NCBI RefSeq assembly: GCF_006345805.1
Contig: NW_021834746.1
Location: forward strand, 1 to 26,393
Length of the DNA stretch: 26,393 nt
From: Octopus sinensis
Lineage: Eukaryota
Direction: 5' to 3'
Part shown: positions 11,471 through 22,552 of the stretch, piece by piece
Layout: each line of letters begins with the position of its first letter
Numbering within the stretch: the first letter of the stretch is position 1
Notes under the pieces: generated by a model
What the model was told of the DNA's origin: nothing
Seen by the model: only the letters and a program-made list of their open reading frames with translations
The model's database searches: none
Made by a program: the position numbers and the translations under genes

Positions 11471-13184
11471 TTTAATATTCTTGTAATATTAAACTCATTC
11501 GAACCTGCAGCGTTCTTAAACCAACATGAAGATGGAATTATAACAGACAACCAAGACGATTTTCCTTTGCAAACTATACAAAGAGTCTTGTAAAATGGTC
11601 ATTTAGTCATTATATAAAACCATTTCGAAAGTGGCGGACGATAGAATAGAGACAAAATACCGTGTGGTAATTACTACATTAATAAGTAATGCTAATCGTA
11701 TCCCACTTCTGCAACCTAACAAAATTCGGTCAACCTGCAAAAACTTCCCCAAATCACATTTTCCTATCTCAAAGGAAAGAAAACGTTTTTAAGTTTTAGT
11801 CTTTGATATACTATGCCTTAAAAAAGAAGAGAAGTTTACAGTTTGAATGGTCTTGATTCTACGTTTGCTTAGTGACCTGGGGTTAAAGAAAAGAATATGC
11901 ACAGGAGGATTTGAACTCGGGACTGGAGGTTATCAAAGAGTCATCGTCACTTCGTTACCCACTGTACTATGAGGTCAGCCACTTGCTTCGTTATTTTCAT
12001 TCAAATTTGTCAGAATTTTGTTTGAAGGGACAGCGATACAGGAATAAGTCGTTAGACAGAAAGAGCACAGTCAATTTGGTAAACCTCACCCCAACTTCCA
12101 ACTGAATGCTCAACTTCTACATGCGCGTTGAAATCTGCTAAAGAAAGGAACCAAACCTTCCACAAATCACACTCTACTGTCTTGGGAAAATAAACATTAG
12201 ACTGTACTTGCTCAACGTGAAGATCATGACAAGGATGTCTTTGACCAGAATGTGGTAGGATCAAGACTGGCCTACGGTTAAACAAAATAACGATACATAA
12301 TTTTATTGGCCCCGAGAAAGTGACGGCGATGTTGACTCAGGTTGGATTTGAAAACAGAACCCAGAGGAAAATACATTACTATCACAAACTAATCAGTCCG
12401 GCGTTCAACCAGCTTAGTCATTTATTTATTCCCTTCACATTTACAATAAAGATTTGATCGAGGATAAAAACTGATTAAATTATCAACAGTATATCACTGG
12501 TACATAGGCTGCCAACTCACGAAAGACAAAAAAAAAATTAGTTGGCGTCAACACAGACTATAAAGGGACATAACTGAACATTGCACGGGACATAACTCCA
12601 CATTGCTAGCCATTTAATCAACTCTCCCACCTTGCTCCAGCGATCTACCTGTGATCCAGGAACATAGTAATAATTTCTTACTTCATTATCATAAAGGCCT
12701 GAAATTTAGGGTTGATGGCAAAAATGTATAAAATAGACCGTAACACTGAACTTGGTTATTTCATGGACTACTGAAAGGATAAAAAATAAAGTCAACTTTG
12801 ATAGGGTTCGAACTCAGAACGGAAGATTTGCATTGCAGAATAGTCTGATATTCGATCATGTTTGTTGAAATTAAAGATATTTGTATTCTCATATTATCCA
12901 TGGGACTATCAATCTTATGGTTTCCCACGCCGACGATCATATCTAAGACAGGTTTATCACGGTTTTGACCTTACCTTAATTACAAACAATACTTCGAAAT
13001 AAAAAATCGTTCCTTTGCCTCTAAATAATTAACCTAATTGTGGTTGTAATGTATTATTGAAGAATCAGTGATTGTGACACTGGTATCTGTTCCAAGCCAG
13101 GGTTGCTATGCAAATTTCATAAGTAACACAAAATTCTATTTTAAAAACTTCAAGTAACGTAAAATTCTACTTAGAACTTTTTTA

Positions 13185-13349
13185 AAGTAGCTTGCTTACC
13201 AACCACATGGTTCCGGGTTCAGTCCCACTGCGTAGCACCTTGGGTAAGTGTCTTCTACTATAGCCTCGAGCTGACCAAAGCCTTGTGAGTGGACGTGGTA
13301 GACGGAAACTGAAAGAAGCCCGTCGTGTATATATATATATATATATATA

Positions 13350-13383
<34 letters not shown>

Positions 13384-13614
13384 GTATGTGTGTGTATATC
13401 TTTGTGTGTCTGTGTTTGTCCCCACCAACATCGCTTGACAACCGATGCTGGTGTGTTTACGTCCCCGTAACATTAGCGGTTCGGCAAATAGAGACCGATA
13501 GAATAAGTACTAGGCTTACAAATAACAAGTCCTGGGGTTCATTTGCTCGACTAAAGGCGGTGCTCCAGCATGGCCACAGTCAAATGACTGAAACACGTAA
13601 AAGAGTAAAGAGTA
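13185..13614 (+). mobile_element. SINE family B (tRNA head, CORE-like segment, internal TA/ATT/TG microsatellite), slightly 5'-truncated
   Basis: B-box-like GGGTTCAGTCCC, then CACCTTGGGTAAGTG and an internal microsatellite, with tail GACTGAAACACGTAAAAGAGT. Near-identical to 21919-22319. Confidence 0.88.
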
Positions 13615-13846
13615 GGATATTAAAACTATTTTTGTTGTGTCTAGGGAGAGTGATTACGTCAACATTAAAGTTAACATTTGCAAACGAAATACAAAAACGA
13701 AGTATTAAAACAAAGAATATATGCTTTTTGGGGGAGTCAATTTTAAATTTTTCCTTTCCGGTCTCTAACAAAGTGACAAGGATCTTTTTATTTAACTCAA
13801 AACAGTTATAGGTGTCTATGGTTACCAGAACAGGCCCATTCTACCA

Positions 13847-14447
13847 GCGGCGAGCTTGTAGGAACGTTAGCACGCCGGGCGGAATGCTTAGCGGTATTGC
13901 GTCTGTCGTTGCGTTCTGAGTTCAAATTCCGCCGAGGTCGACTTTGCCTTTCATCCTTTCAGAGTCGATAAATTAAGTACCAGTTACGCACTGGGGTCGA
14001 TGTAATCGACTTAATCCCTTTGTCTGTCCTTGTTTGTCCCCTCTATGTTTAGCCCCTTGTGGGTAATAAAGAAATAGGTATTTCGTCTGCCGTTACGTTC
14101 TAAGTTCAAATTCCGCCGAGGTCAACTTTGCCTTTCATCCTTTCGGGGTCGATAAATTAAGTACCAGTTACGCACTGTGGTCGATATAATCGACTTAATC
14201 CCTTTGTCTGTCCTTGTTTGTCCCCTCAGTGTGTAGCCCCTTGAGGGTAGTAAAGAAATAGGTATTTCGCCCGTCTTCACGTTCTGATTTCAAATTCCGC
14301 CGAGGTCGACTTTGCCTTTCATCCTTTCGGGGTCGATTAAATAAGTACCAGTTACGCACTGGGGTCGATGTAATCGACTTATCCTCTTTGTCTGTCCTTG
14401 TTTGCCCCCTCTATGTTTAGCCCCTTTTGGGCAATAAAGAAATAAGA
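13847..14447 (+). mobile_element. SINE family A tandem trimer (one head plus three ~184-bp bodies)
   Basis: The body GGTATT.CG.C.G....CGTTCT..GTTCAAATTCCGCCGAGG...AAAGAAATA starts at ~13894, ~14077 and ~14261. Confidence 0.9.
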
Positions 14448-14454
14448 ATAGGTC

Positions 14455-14496
14455 CATGTGTGAGTATATGTGTGCATGTTATGTGTATGCGCGCGC

Positions 14497-14535
<39 letters not shown>

Positions 14536-14578
14536 TGTGTGTGTGTGTGTGTGTGTGTGTGTCTGTGTGTGTGTGTGT
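14455..14578. repeat. (TG)n microsatellite with CG interruptions
   Basis: Directly visible. Confidence 0.95.
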
Positions 14579-14944
14579 CCCATATGTAAATGTGACAATG
14601 TGAATATCTTAACCCAGAAACCTCAAATGGCGAATTTCTGAAATGTTTTACAAATTTTCACAGTTACACAATTCGATTGTATTTCGAAAATGTAAATCAG
14701 TTTATTTTGATCTTTCATAAATAACCCAAGTATTTTTAGGCTTCTTGTAGATTTATAGTTATGTAACCCCGTGAACCTATGACACCAGAAAGAAATAAAA
14801 GTCTACGCCTGGGTATAAGAGCTGTAATTTTCCCATCAGCTTTTCCATAGATGCTCTTCTTTTCCTTAATTTCACATCTACTAGACAGCTGATCTGTACC
14901 ACTCGCCGCCTTAACCCTAAGAACGGTTTGTTTATATTCCTGTA

Positions 14945-15531
14945 ATATTCTTTCTATTGTAGGCACAAGGCCTGGAATTTGGTGGAGAGTAGAGATTAGC
15001 CGATTACATCGACCTCGGTGCTCAGCTGGTAGTTATTTCAATCGACTCCCGAGAGGATGAAAGGCAAAGTTGACCTCAGCAGAATTTGAACTCAGGAAGT
15101 AAAAACGGAAGAAATACCTATTTCTTTACTATCCACAAGGGGCTAAACACAGAGGGGACAAACAAGGACAGACAAAGGGATTAAGTCGATTATATCGACC
15201 CAGTGCGTAACTGGTACTTATTCAATCGACCCCGAAAGGATGAAAGACAAAGTCGACCTCGGCGGAATTAGAACTCAGAACGTAACGGCAAACGAAATAC
15301 CTATTTCTTTACTACCCATAAGGGGCTAAACACAGAGAGGACAAACAAGGACAGACAAAGGGATTAAGTCGATTACATCGACCCCAGTGTGTAACTGGTA
15401 CTTATTTTATCGACTCCGACAGGATGAAAGGCAAAGTTGGCCTCGGCGGAATTTGAACTTAGAACGTAGCGGCAGACGAAATACCGCTAAGCATTTCGCC
15501 CAGCGTGCTAACGTTTCTGCCAGCTCGCTGC
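14945..15531 (-). mobile_element. SINE family A tandem trimer, antisense; the last unit is a different subtype
   Basis: Head ..GCTAACGTTTCTGCCAGCTCGCTGC ends ~15531. Units are joined at GAAATACCTATTTCTTTACT (~15111 and ~15294). Confidence 0.88.
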
Positions 15532-15620
15532 TTTACACATTACTCATATTAAAACTAAAATGGCTTACATATTACTGTTATTAAAACTAAAAATAGTTTT
15601 TATAAGGCCCCTGATTGTAT

Positions 15621-15941
15621 GGATCTTTTCGGTTTGAATGGCAGTTTTTTCTAGCGGTGTCATATGAAATTGTCACCCATAATTCTGACCCTAGTATCGA
15701 TTGCATTTCAATCTGTTTTAGGGTTAGGGGTGGGGGGAAGGGTATCTTTTTTCTTCACAAATGTAAATAAACCCAATCTGTTTCTTAAACGAGGGACATA
15801 TTCATACGGCACAGAATGTTTTTTTTACCTCAATAGACGTCATTGATTGGTTGAAATTGCAGAAATTGAAGCAAAAAAAACAACAAATATCTTACAAACA
15901 ATAGAATTTTCTCAATAAAGCAAAGAAAAAAAGATGTTTTT
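15621..15941. mobile_element. Truncated MITE with one TIR, inverted copy of 17335-17735
   Basis: Begins GGATCTTTTCGGTTTGAATGGCAGTTTTTTCTAG. It is the reverse complement of ~17423-17735. Confidence 0.85.
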
Positions 15942-16110
15942 ATTAATTTATTATATCAAAAAGCTAAGTCCTCCTGTTTTTTGTTCGCTGCACTGAGTGC
16001 AATGTCGTTACCGAATTTCATCCGCGAAGCGATTGAGGCCTTCTCAGCAACACAGTCACACCAGCAACGTATTTAATTAATTTCTTTAATTGACTTTTTT
16101 TTACCTATTA

Positions 16111-16459
16111 TCTTTTTCTTGTTTCAGTCATTAGATGCGGCCATGCTGGGGCAACGCCTTGAAGAATTTCAGTCGAACTTAACAACGCCCTGTACTTATT
16201 CTTTTTGTAAAGCCTGGTACTTATTCTATTGGCCCCTTTTGCTGAGCTGCCAAGGGACGTGGAAAACAAACACACACACACACTTATATATCTACATACG
16301 ATGGGCTTCTTTCAGTTTCTGTCTACCAAATGCAGTCACAAAGCTTTGGTCAGTCCGAGGCTATAGGTGACGACACTTGCCATGCAAGGTGCCATGTAGT
16401 GGGACTGAACTTAGAACTATGTAGCAGGGAAGCAAGCTTCTTACCACACAGCCACGCCT
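16111..16459 (-). mobile_element. SINE family B copy (diverged)
   Basis: CTTGTTTCAGTCATT..GCGGCCATGCTGGGGCA through GTGGGACTGAAC..CTTACCACACAGCCACGCCT is the reverse complement of family B. Confidence 0.82.
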
Positions 16460-16621
16460 ATTTTAGAGCTACATTTTAGAACCAAATTTCAAGATCGCAG
16501 TTTAATTGGTCAGGTTAGCATTTAATAAGGAAAGACATTTTAATTTAGTTAGCTTATTAATTAGGGTCAATTATAATTAATTAGTGTTTAATTAGTTAAA
16601 GACGATATTTCCATCTGTTTT

Positions 16622-16839
16622 ATTGGTTTCAAATTTTAGCACAAGGCCAGCAATTTCGGGGAGAGGATAAGTCGATTATATCGACCCCCCCTAGTGCTCA
16701 GCTGGTACTTATTTTATTGACCCCGAAAGGACGAAAGATGAAGTCGACCTCGGCGAAATTTGAACTCAGAACGTAAAGATGGACGAAATGCCGCTAAGCA
16801 TTATGCCCGGCGTGCTAACGATTCTGCCAGTTCGCCGCC
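16622..16839 (-). mobile_element. SINE family A full-length copy
   Basis: TGGTACTTATTTTATTGACCCCGAAAGGA..AATTTGAACTCAGAACG..CTGCCAGTTCGCCGCC. Confidence 0.88.
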
Positions 16840-16986
16840 TTATCTTAATGTTTTATTATGAACAGTTTTCAGTTCATAACAAGATACAATCAAAAGTGAG
16901 GAAATATCCGAGGAATAATCATGGGAACTCCAAAAGCTCCAATCACCCTGACCACAGAGCAAGGTACCCGCTCTTAGCTGCCCTCC

Positions 16987-17214
16987 TCAAAATTTAGAAG
17001 CGCATGCGCAGAACAGGTCGTTCACCACTTTCATCCATCTTTCAACAAATTTGCTGCAAGACAGCATTTCCTTTTCTGCCTTATTTTCCATTTCAAGTAT
17101 AAATTGAGAAGGTCTGAGATCTTGGGGGGATCTTTTGTTTGGCTGCATCAGTGAAAATTTTAAAATTTGATGTATTGATGTAATTTTCCACGCTGAATCT
17201 CGGAAGATAATCAC
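16987..17214 (-). pseudogene. Possible highly decayed Tc1/mariner transposase C-terminal remnant
   Basis: IIFRDSAWKIT, PNKRSPQDLRPSQF and KFVERWMKVVN loosely echo the mariner motifs HDNARPH, PPYSPDLAPSDF and KLVERWEKVV in the right order. The match is weak and by eye only. Confidence 0.3.
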
Positions 17215-17334
17215 GTTTTCCAGAAAAAAATAAATTTTAAACAGTTACAGAAGTATAACATTTGATCATTTTTACCCAGTTAGAAAACAGGATTTGGTGG
17301 AATTCCGCTTTACGCACGCCATATAACCCCCCAT

Positions 17335-17735
17335 GGATCTTTTCGGTTTGAACGGCAGTTTTTAAAAATAATTTCCACGTAACAAAACACTTTTAAACTT
17401 CGTATACTGGTAGAATGTGTTTATAAAACATCTTTTTCTCTTGGCTTTATTGAGAAAATTCTATAGTTTGTACGATATTTGTTTTTTTTCTTCAATTTCT
17501 GCATTTCAACCAATCAATGACGTCTATTGAGGTGAAAACATTCTGTGCCGTATGAATATGTCCCTCGTTTAAGAAACAGATTGGGTTTATTTACATTTCT
17601 GAAGAAAAAAAAATACCCTTCTCCCCACCCCTAATACAGATTGAAATGCAATAGATCGATACTAGGGTCATAATTATGGGTGACAATTTCATATGACATC
17701 ACTAGAAAAAACTGCCGTTCAAACCGAAAAGATCC
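17335..17735. mobile_element. Complete ~400-bp MITE with perfect 29-bp TIRs
   Basis: GGATCTTTTCGGTTTGAACGGCAGTTTTT ... AAAAACTGCCGTTCAAACCGAAAAGATCC, inserted in a C-rich tract (CCCCCCAT left, CCCCCCCCAC right). No coding capacity. Confidence 0.92.
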
Positions 17736-18574
17736 CCCCCCCCACCCCATAACTTATTTTTAGGAATTTTCAGAAACTTTTTTGCGAATTTGTATTCTAC
17801 ACACGGGAATTCATACCATTACGCAAAGACTGGCTAAAAAAGAAAATGTCTATCTTCGGCCATTTCAATCTTGCTCACGCTAACCTTTCTTGCCAAAGTC
17901 ACCAGAAAGACAGTGGAACTCAATAGACTGCTATCACGTCCTGCACGTGACAGCAGCAGTTCAACACAACTCAATAAGCCAACAACGTCCGGGCACCAAT
18001 TTTTTTGTTTCTGTACGAAGTTTGGATAATTAATCCTTTACTGGTGGATGGCTTATTTTTCTCTGTACCGTAACACCTTTTTAAACTGTAGTACAGGTGG
18101 AGTGCCAGGTGTATGGTAAAATAAGGTTCAGGAGGTCAGGGCCCAGTTAAGCCTAAAACTTGATCAAAAGTATCGTACCGACAAGCAGACAAACATCGCC
18201 CCACGTGGGACCTCATACGCAAGATCGGGATTCATTTTGACTTTTAACAATATTGAAAAATAAAAAAAAAATCTAACAACTGTATTAAATTCGATAATAT
18301 TTTATTTTTTCAAAGACTTATCTGAGATTGAACATAGAAAATATATTTTAAACTAAGTGGTTGAGGTAGAATCTTAAGGCCACAGTAGAAATTGAACTCG
18401 TACATCAAATACAAAAACTTTGTAATAATTTGACAATATTATTATCACCACCATCAACAAAGATTTGTTAATCAATGCCACCACGTGTTGGATTTTGGTT
18501 ACTTTTGTTCTTTAAGTGTTTTCAAACATCACATGTCTATAGAATATCCAGTCTGTTCGTCTTGAAGAGTTCCT

Positions 18575-19438
18575 CTAGAAACCCTTGTTGGGACTATCAC
18601 TCGAGTCTAACACATCACTGTCAATAGCACCAAAACTCTCCACAGACAACTTCACTTTGTCCAACAAACTTGTATCACTGCCCTCACTATTATCACTGCT
18701 GTCGCAGTACTTCCCAAACACTAAGTCAGTTGATCGCTGTATCGATATCTTCTGCTGTTGTATCTGACTGGAAGTATCTTCAGAAGAATCTGTCATTTTG
18801 CTTTTTGCTGGAGAAGAATGGTTCTTCTTTGTTAATTGCTCACTCTTAAAATCTTTACTGAAAGACGTTATCTTTTTCACTTTGGGGGAGCAATATTTTG
18901 TCAGTTTTTTCTTATACACCGCAGAACATTTCTTACCCTTTTTGCAACATGGGCTGGACCAAGTATATTTGAAATTTTTGGTCTTTGGTAAATGTAACAG
19001 ATTATCACCATCTTGAAACGCGTATTGAAACATTGAATTTTTTTGCGGAGCGAAACTACCAGCTTTGATGTTGGAACCGTTCAGATGTCCGAATATTATT
19101 TTGTCGCCATTCTTTAAGACACAGCCTTCCTTGCTTATTCTGAAGTCGTTAACGAAAGTACCGTTTAAACTGCAGTCGAATATTCGATAAGTAATTTTTC
19201 CCTCAGCCGAATAGAAAGGTTCGATCTTACAGTGCCAGCGTGAAATAAAGTTTTTCAAGGTCGAAGAATCAATTAGGAAATCATTATTGGGATGGCGACC
19301 AAATGTTGTCGTACCTTTGTTTAATTTCATAAAAGGAAGACAAGAGCAAGTCTCACTACTAATAGGTGAAATATGACGAAGTATAGGATTCGATCCAGCT
19401 TCCACCGCTGGAGAACACAAAGCCTTGTTGTCCACCAT
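18575..19438 (-). CDS. FHA (forkhead-associated) domain protein, 287 aa, TCF19-like N-terminus; uninterrupted ORF
   Basis: Longest ORF in the window. FHA signature residues are present: FGRHPNND (G-R), ISRWHC (S-x-x-H), DCSLNGTFVN (N-G-T) and LKNGDKIIFG. A Lys-rich region and a Ser/Asp-rich low-complexity tail follow. A minus-strand AATAAA lies at ~18301-18306. Orthology is not established. Confidence 0.9.
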   Translation of the reverse strand: MVDNKALCSPAVEAGSNPILRHISPISSETCSCLPFMKLNKGTTTFGRHPNNDFLIDSSTLKNFISRWHCKIEPFYSAEGKITYRIFDCSLNGTFVNDFRISKEGCVLKNGDKIIFGHLNGSNIKAGSFAPQKNSMFQYAFQDGDNLLHLPKTKNFKYTWSSPCCKKGKKCSAVYKKKLTKYCSPKVKKITSFSKDFKSEQLTKKNHSSPAKSKMTDSSEDTSSQIQQQKISIQRSTDLVFGKYCDSSDNSEGSDTSLLDKVKLSVESFGAIDSDVLDSSDSPNKGF

Positions 19439-21099
19439 AAGGCTTTAATGTAAGTTGGTTATGTCGTTATTGTTCTTGTAACAAGGGATTAATATTATTT
19501 ATGGGTTGCAAGCGAGAGAGTCAAACGCATAAATTCCATAAAAGATGACAATGGGGTGTTTATTTCGAGGCCTGACAAGAAACCGTTTCACCTCAAACAT
19601 GCCGTTAATAACATTTGATAAATTAATGTCAAAGTGACACAATTAATTGACAAAGCGCCAGACAATTGCTTGTGATATCAAGTCATGCCCCGTTAAGTTC
19701 CGAGTTCAAATTCTGCCGAGGCTGATTTTTCTCCTTTCACTCTCTAGGATCGATGAAATGATAAACCAATATAGTACAAAGGTAGATTAAGATCGATTAT
19801 TATACCTTCTTCCGACAATTATTTTAAAGATAGAAATCGTTAACAATAAACGTTTTCACACAAAGCATAAAACTTTTTGCCAAAGCAGAAAGAGAGCGGT
19901 TTCGATTCTCACTTCACATGTTATTTTGCTAATTCCATTCTCCCAATACCACTGGGAGAAGAAAAGCACGAACGTCACAAAATCACTTTTCCCCTTTTAA
20001 ATTCTAGTTTTCTACGAAGACAAAATACAATGGTACTATGGGCTGCAGAGATGCACCCGTCAAGAAAGCATAGAACTTCTTACCGATAATTAGTTCGTTT
20101 CTAAAATTTAGATATTTTTTTCTCTTTTCCTGAATTTCGAGGATTCAAGGGATCATGGTTCGCGGCCGGTTTCTGTTATGTAGATGAGAGAAATATAAAA
20201 CAATATTGGACTATTGCAGAAAGCAGCGGTTGATGATGATAAAAGAATTACTAACTGTTCGGTTGGTTTGCCACTATTCTGTTAACCCTCAGCTAACCTT
20301 GATTTTAATGTTTAAAACAGCGATAGAATGTAAACATATGATGAGCTAATATATCTAAAACAAAATTAAGGACCCTGTCGTTGAAAGATTTACAACTTAA
20401 ATTGATTTGTGCGTTCTTGAAGATAAGCGTCCTTAATTCATAATTTTGTTCTTTGAAAAATTTGGAATTTCCAAAGAAATAAAATTGTTTTAAGTCTACC
20501 GTATGAAAATATAAATCTTTTACATACGAATGTATATATTATACAAAATATTGTTTGTGAACTTGATTTTCTTTTTTCTTTTTTTTTTTTTAATAAATTG
20601 ACAAGCATTATTTCCGTAATTATTCGGTAATTTCCGTAACTTAAAAAAAAAACTTAACATACTTGGAAGATTTTGTGCATCGACTTTTATCGAACATTCG
20701 TCTTACTTAGCCTAATGACTATGAAAGCAATCATTACAATTCACAAACTATATATTGTATGTATTGTTCAATGTATTAAATATTTTCCACGTGCTTCCGC
20801 TTTGCTTTGTTTCATTCATAAAAATATGAGTTTCATAGATCGAAAGACGAGAAAGACTTAAAGAAATTAAATAAATTTGTTACAATATGCAGACCTAACT
20901 CTACGATACCACACACCTAGATACAAAATATGGAATCAAAAATTAGTAAAAGACGGTGGAGTAAAGCAAGTAGCAGAAGTGCCAACCGGACTAACTTAAC
21001 TACCAAACAATATTTAATTACATTCTTCGATGTTGATTTTATTTTTCACCGATCCCGGAGAAGATTAAAATAAGAATACTAATATTATACCCAACTTAC

Positions 21100-21266
21100 C
21101 CACAGCCTTACGCCAGTGTAAGATATAAGGATTACTAATGTTGTGGCAACATTAATTTATTGATTTGGCTGTAGAGAATCCGATGAAATCGATCCGAGTG
21201 TTTTTGTCCACCCTGGAAGCGCACGTGTTAAGGGGAGGTAACTCTAACAGGACATTTCTCACCAAC
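21100..21266. promoter_or_regulatory. Putative promoter/5' region of the SDR gene, possibly bidirectional; E-box CACGTG at 21222-21227
   Basis: Immediately upstream of the SDR ATG, locally richer in CpG, and lying between two divergent genes. Function is inferred. Confidence 0.35.
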
Positions 21267-21309
21267 ATGGCGATGTGTAACCTGGCTGGCAAGGTGGCCC
21301 TAATTACAG
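21267..21309 (+). CDS. Short-chain dehydrogenase/reductase (classical SDR, FabG-like), coding exon 1
   Basis: CCAACATGG Kozak-like context. Translates MAMCNLAGKVALIT-G, followed by a GT donor at 21310 (phase 1). Absent from the ORF track because it is short. Confidence 0.88.
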
Positions 21310-21638
21310 GTCAATATCTCACTCTTTATTCGTTCAATTAATTTATTTTCAGTGTTGTTACGATACAATCTGGACTTCCTTTAAAAGTACCTGAATCTTG
21401 AGTATTGGTTATCATTTCTTTCACTGAAAGCAACCTCATCAACAAACGAGCACGTTGCTTCTTAGCTTTTTATTTTGGTAATTTGGAAAACATGAATGTC
21501 ACAACATCACACCGTCTCATTTCATTCCTCTTCTATTTCATGTTGTAAGCTTGTGGTCAATGTCTGAAATTAATCTTTCGTAAAATATATTTCTTTCCTT
21601 GTGCCAATAATATTAAAATACTTTCAACTTTAAATGGT

Positions 21639-21677
21639 GAATTAGAACATGGAACGTTAAGTTCCATGTTCTAATTC
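21639..21677. repeat. Perfect 17-bp inverted repeat with 5-nt loop
   Basis: GAATTAGAACATGGAAC-GTTAA-GTTCCATGTTCTAATTC. Confidence 0.9.
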
Positions 21678-21918
21678 CAGAGGTCATACTTCAAGAACAC
21701 GGGGCAAGGGGACAAACGATAAATACCAAACTGGCAAAACATCATCTCTTAAGACAAAAAATTACATTGTTTTTTTAGCTTTAGGTCAACAATGATCCGG
21801 CTATGACCATCTCGTAAGTTTGTTTACCACATCGAAGAAATCGTCGTTTTCTTTATTTTTACTGCTTTTCTTTTTATTAAAAATATTCAGTAATGAAAAT
21901 CATTTGCACCGAAATTTC

Positions 21919-22084
21919 GGCTGTGTGGTAAGTAGCTTGCTTACCAACCACATGGTTCCGGATTCAATCCCACTGCGTGGTACCTTGGGCAAGTGTCTTC
22001 TACTATAGCCTCGGCCCGACCAAAGCCTTGTGAGTGGATTCGATAGACAGAAACTGAGAGAAGCCCGTCGTATATATGTTTATT

Positions 22085-22121
<37 letters not shown>

Positions 22122-22319
22122 ATCAGTGTTTGTCCCCCCAACATCGCCTGACAACCGATGCTGGTGTGTTTGTCTCCGTAACTCAGCGGTTCGGTTAAAG
22201 AGATCGATAGAATAAATACTAGGCTTACAAAGAATAAGTCCTGGGGTCGATTTGCTCGACTAAAAGGCAGTGCTCCAGCATGGCCACAGTCAAATGACTG
22301 AAACAAGTAAAAGAGAGTA
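21919..22319 (+). mobile_element. SINE family B, near full length, in SDR intron 1
   Basis: GGCTGTGTGGTAAG (A-box-like), GGATTCAATCCC (B-box-like), ACCTTGGGCAAGTG, internal (TA)n(TG)n, and the same tail as the 13185 copy. Confidence 0.9.
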
Positions 22320-22552
22320 TCACTTCAGCATAAACACAGACTACATTATCGCCTAAGAATACATTAGATATGCAAAAAGACAAGATGGTACCGGCTAGAA
22401 CACCTTTTGATCATAGATCTAAAAAGCAACAAATTAACCCTTGCATATGTCGAGCTAATGAGACAACCTCTACGTGGTCGTTCAACCAGCTAGAAATAAC
22501 AGCAAAATCTTCCTCAAATTTCGCCTTACTGTTGCTTTAAGTAGGATACTTT

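Noticed and set aside
11700-12830. Several very old repeat fragments, including SINE A relics near 12300-12360 and 12700-12820
   Set aside because: Too diverged to place boundaries reliably by eye.
9453-14641. ORFs with HTYI, YLSI, NNNN, YYYY or CVCV runs
   Set aside because: They are translations of microsatellites.
15715-15737. Telomeric repeat TTAGGGTTAGGG
   Set aside because: Only two units, internal to a MITE.
11149-16997. Recurrent peptides such as RNWYLIYRPRKDERQSRPRRNLNSER and DGLLSVSVY..EDTCPRCHAVGLNPEPCGW
   Set aside because: They are SINE sequences read as ORFs, not a gene family.
18585-19016. Plus-strand ORFs of 60 and 72 aa
   Set aside because: Antisense shadows of the FHA gene.
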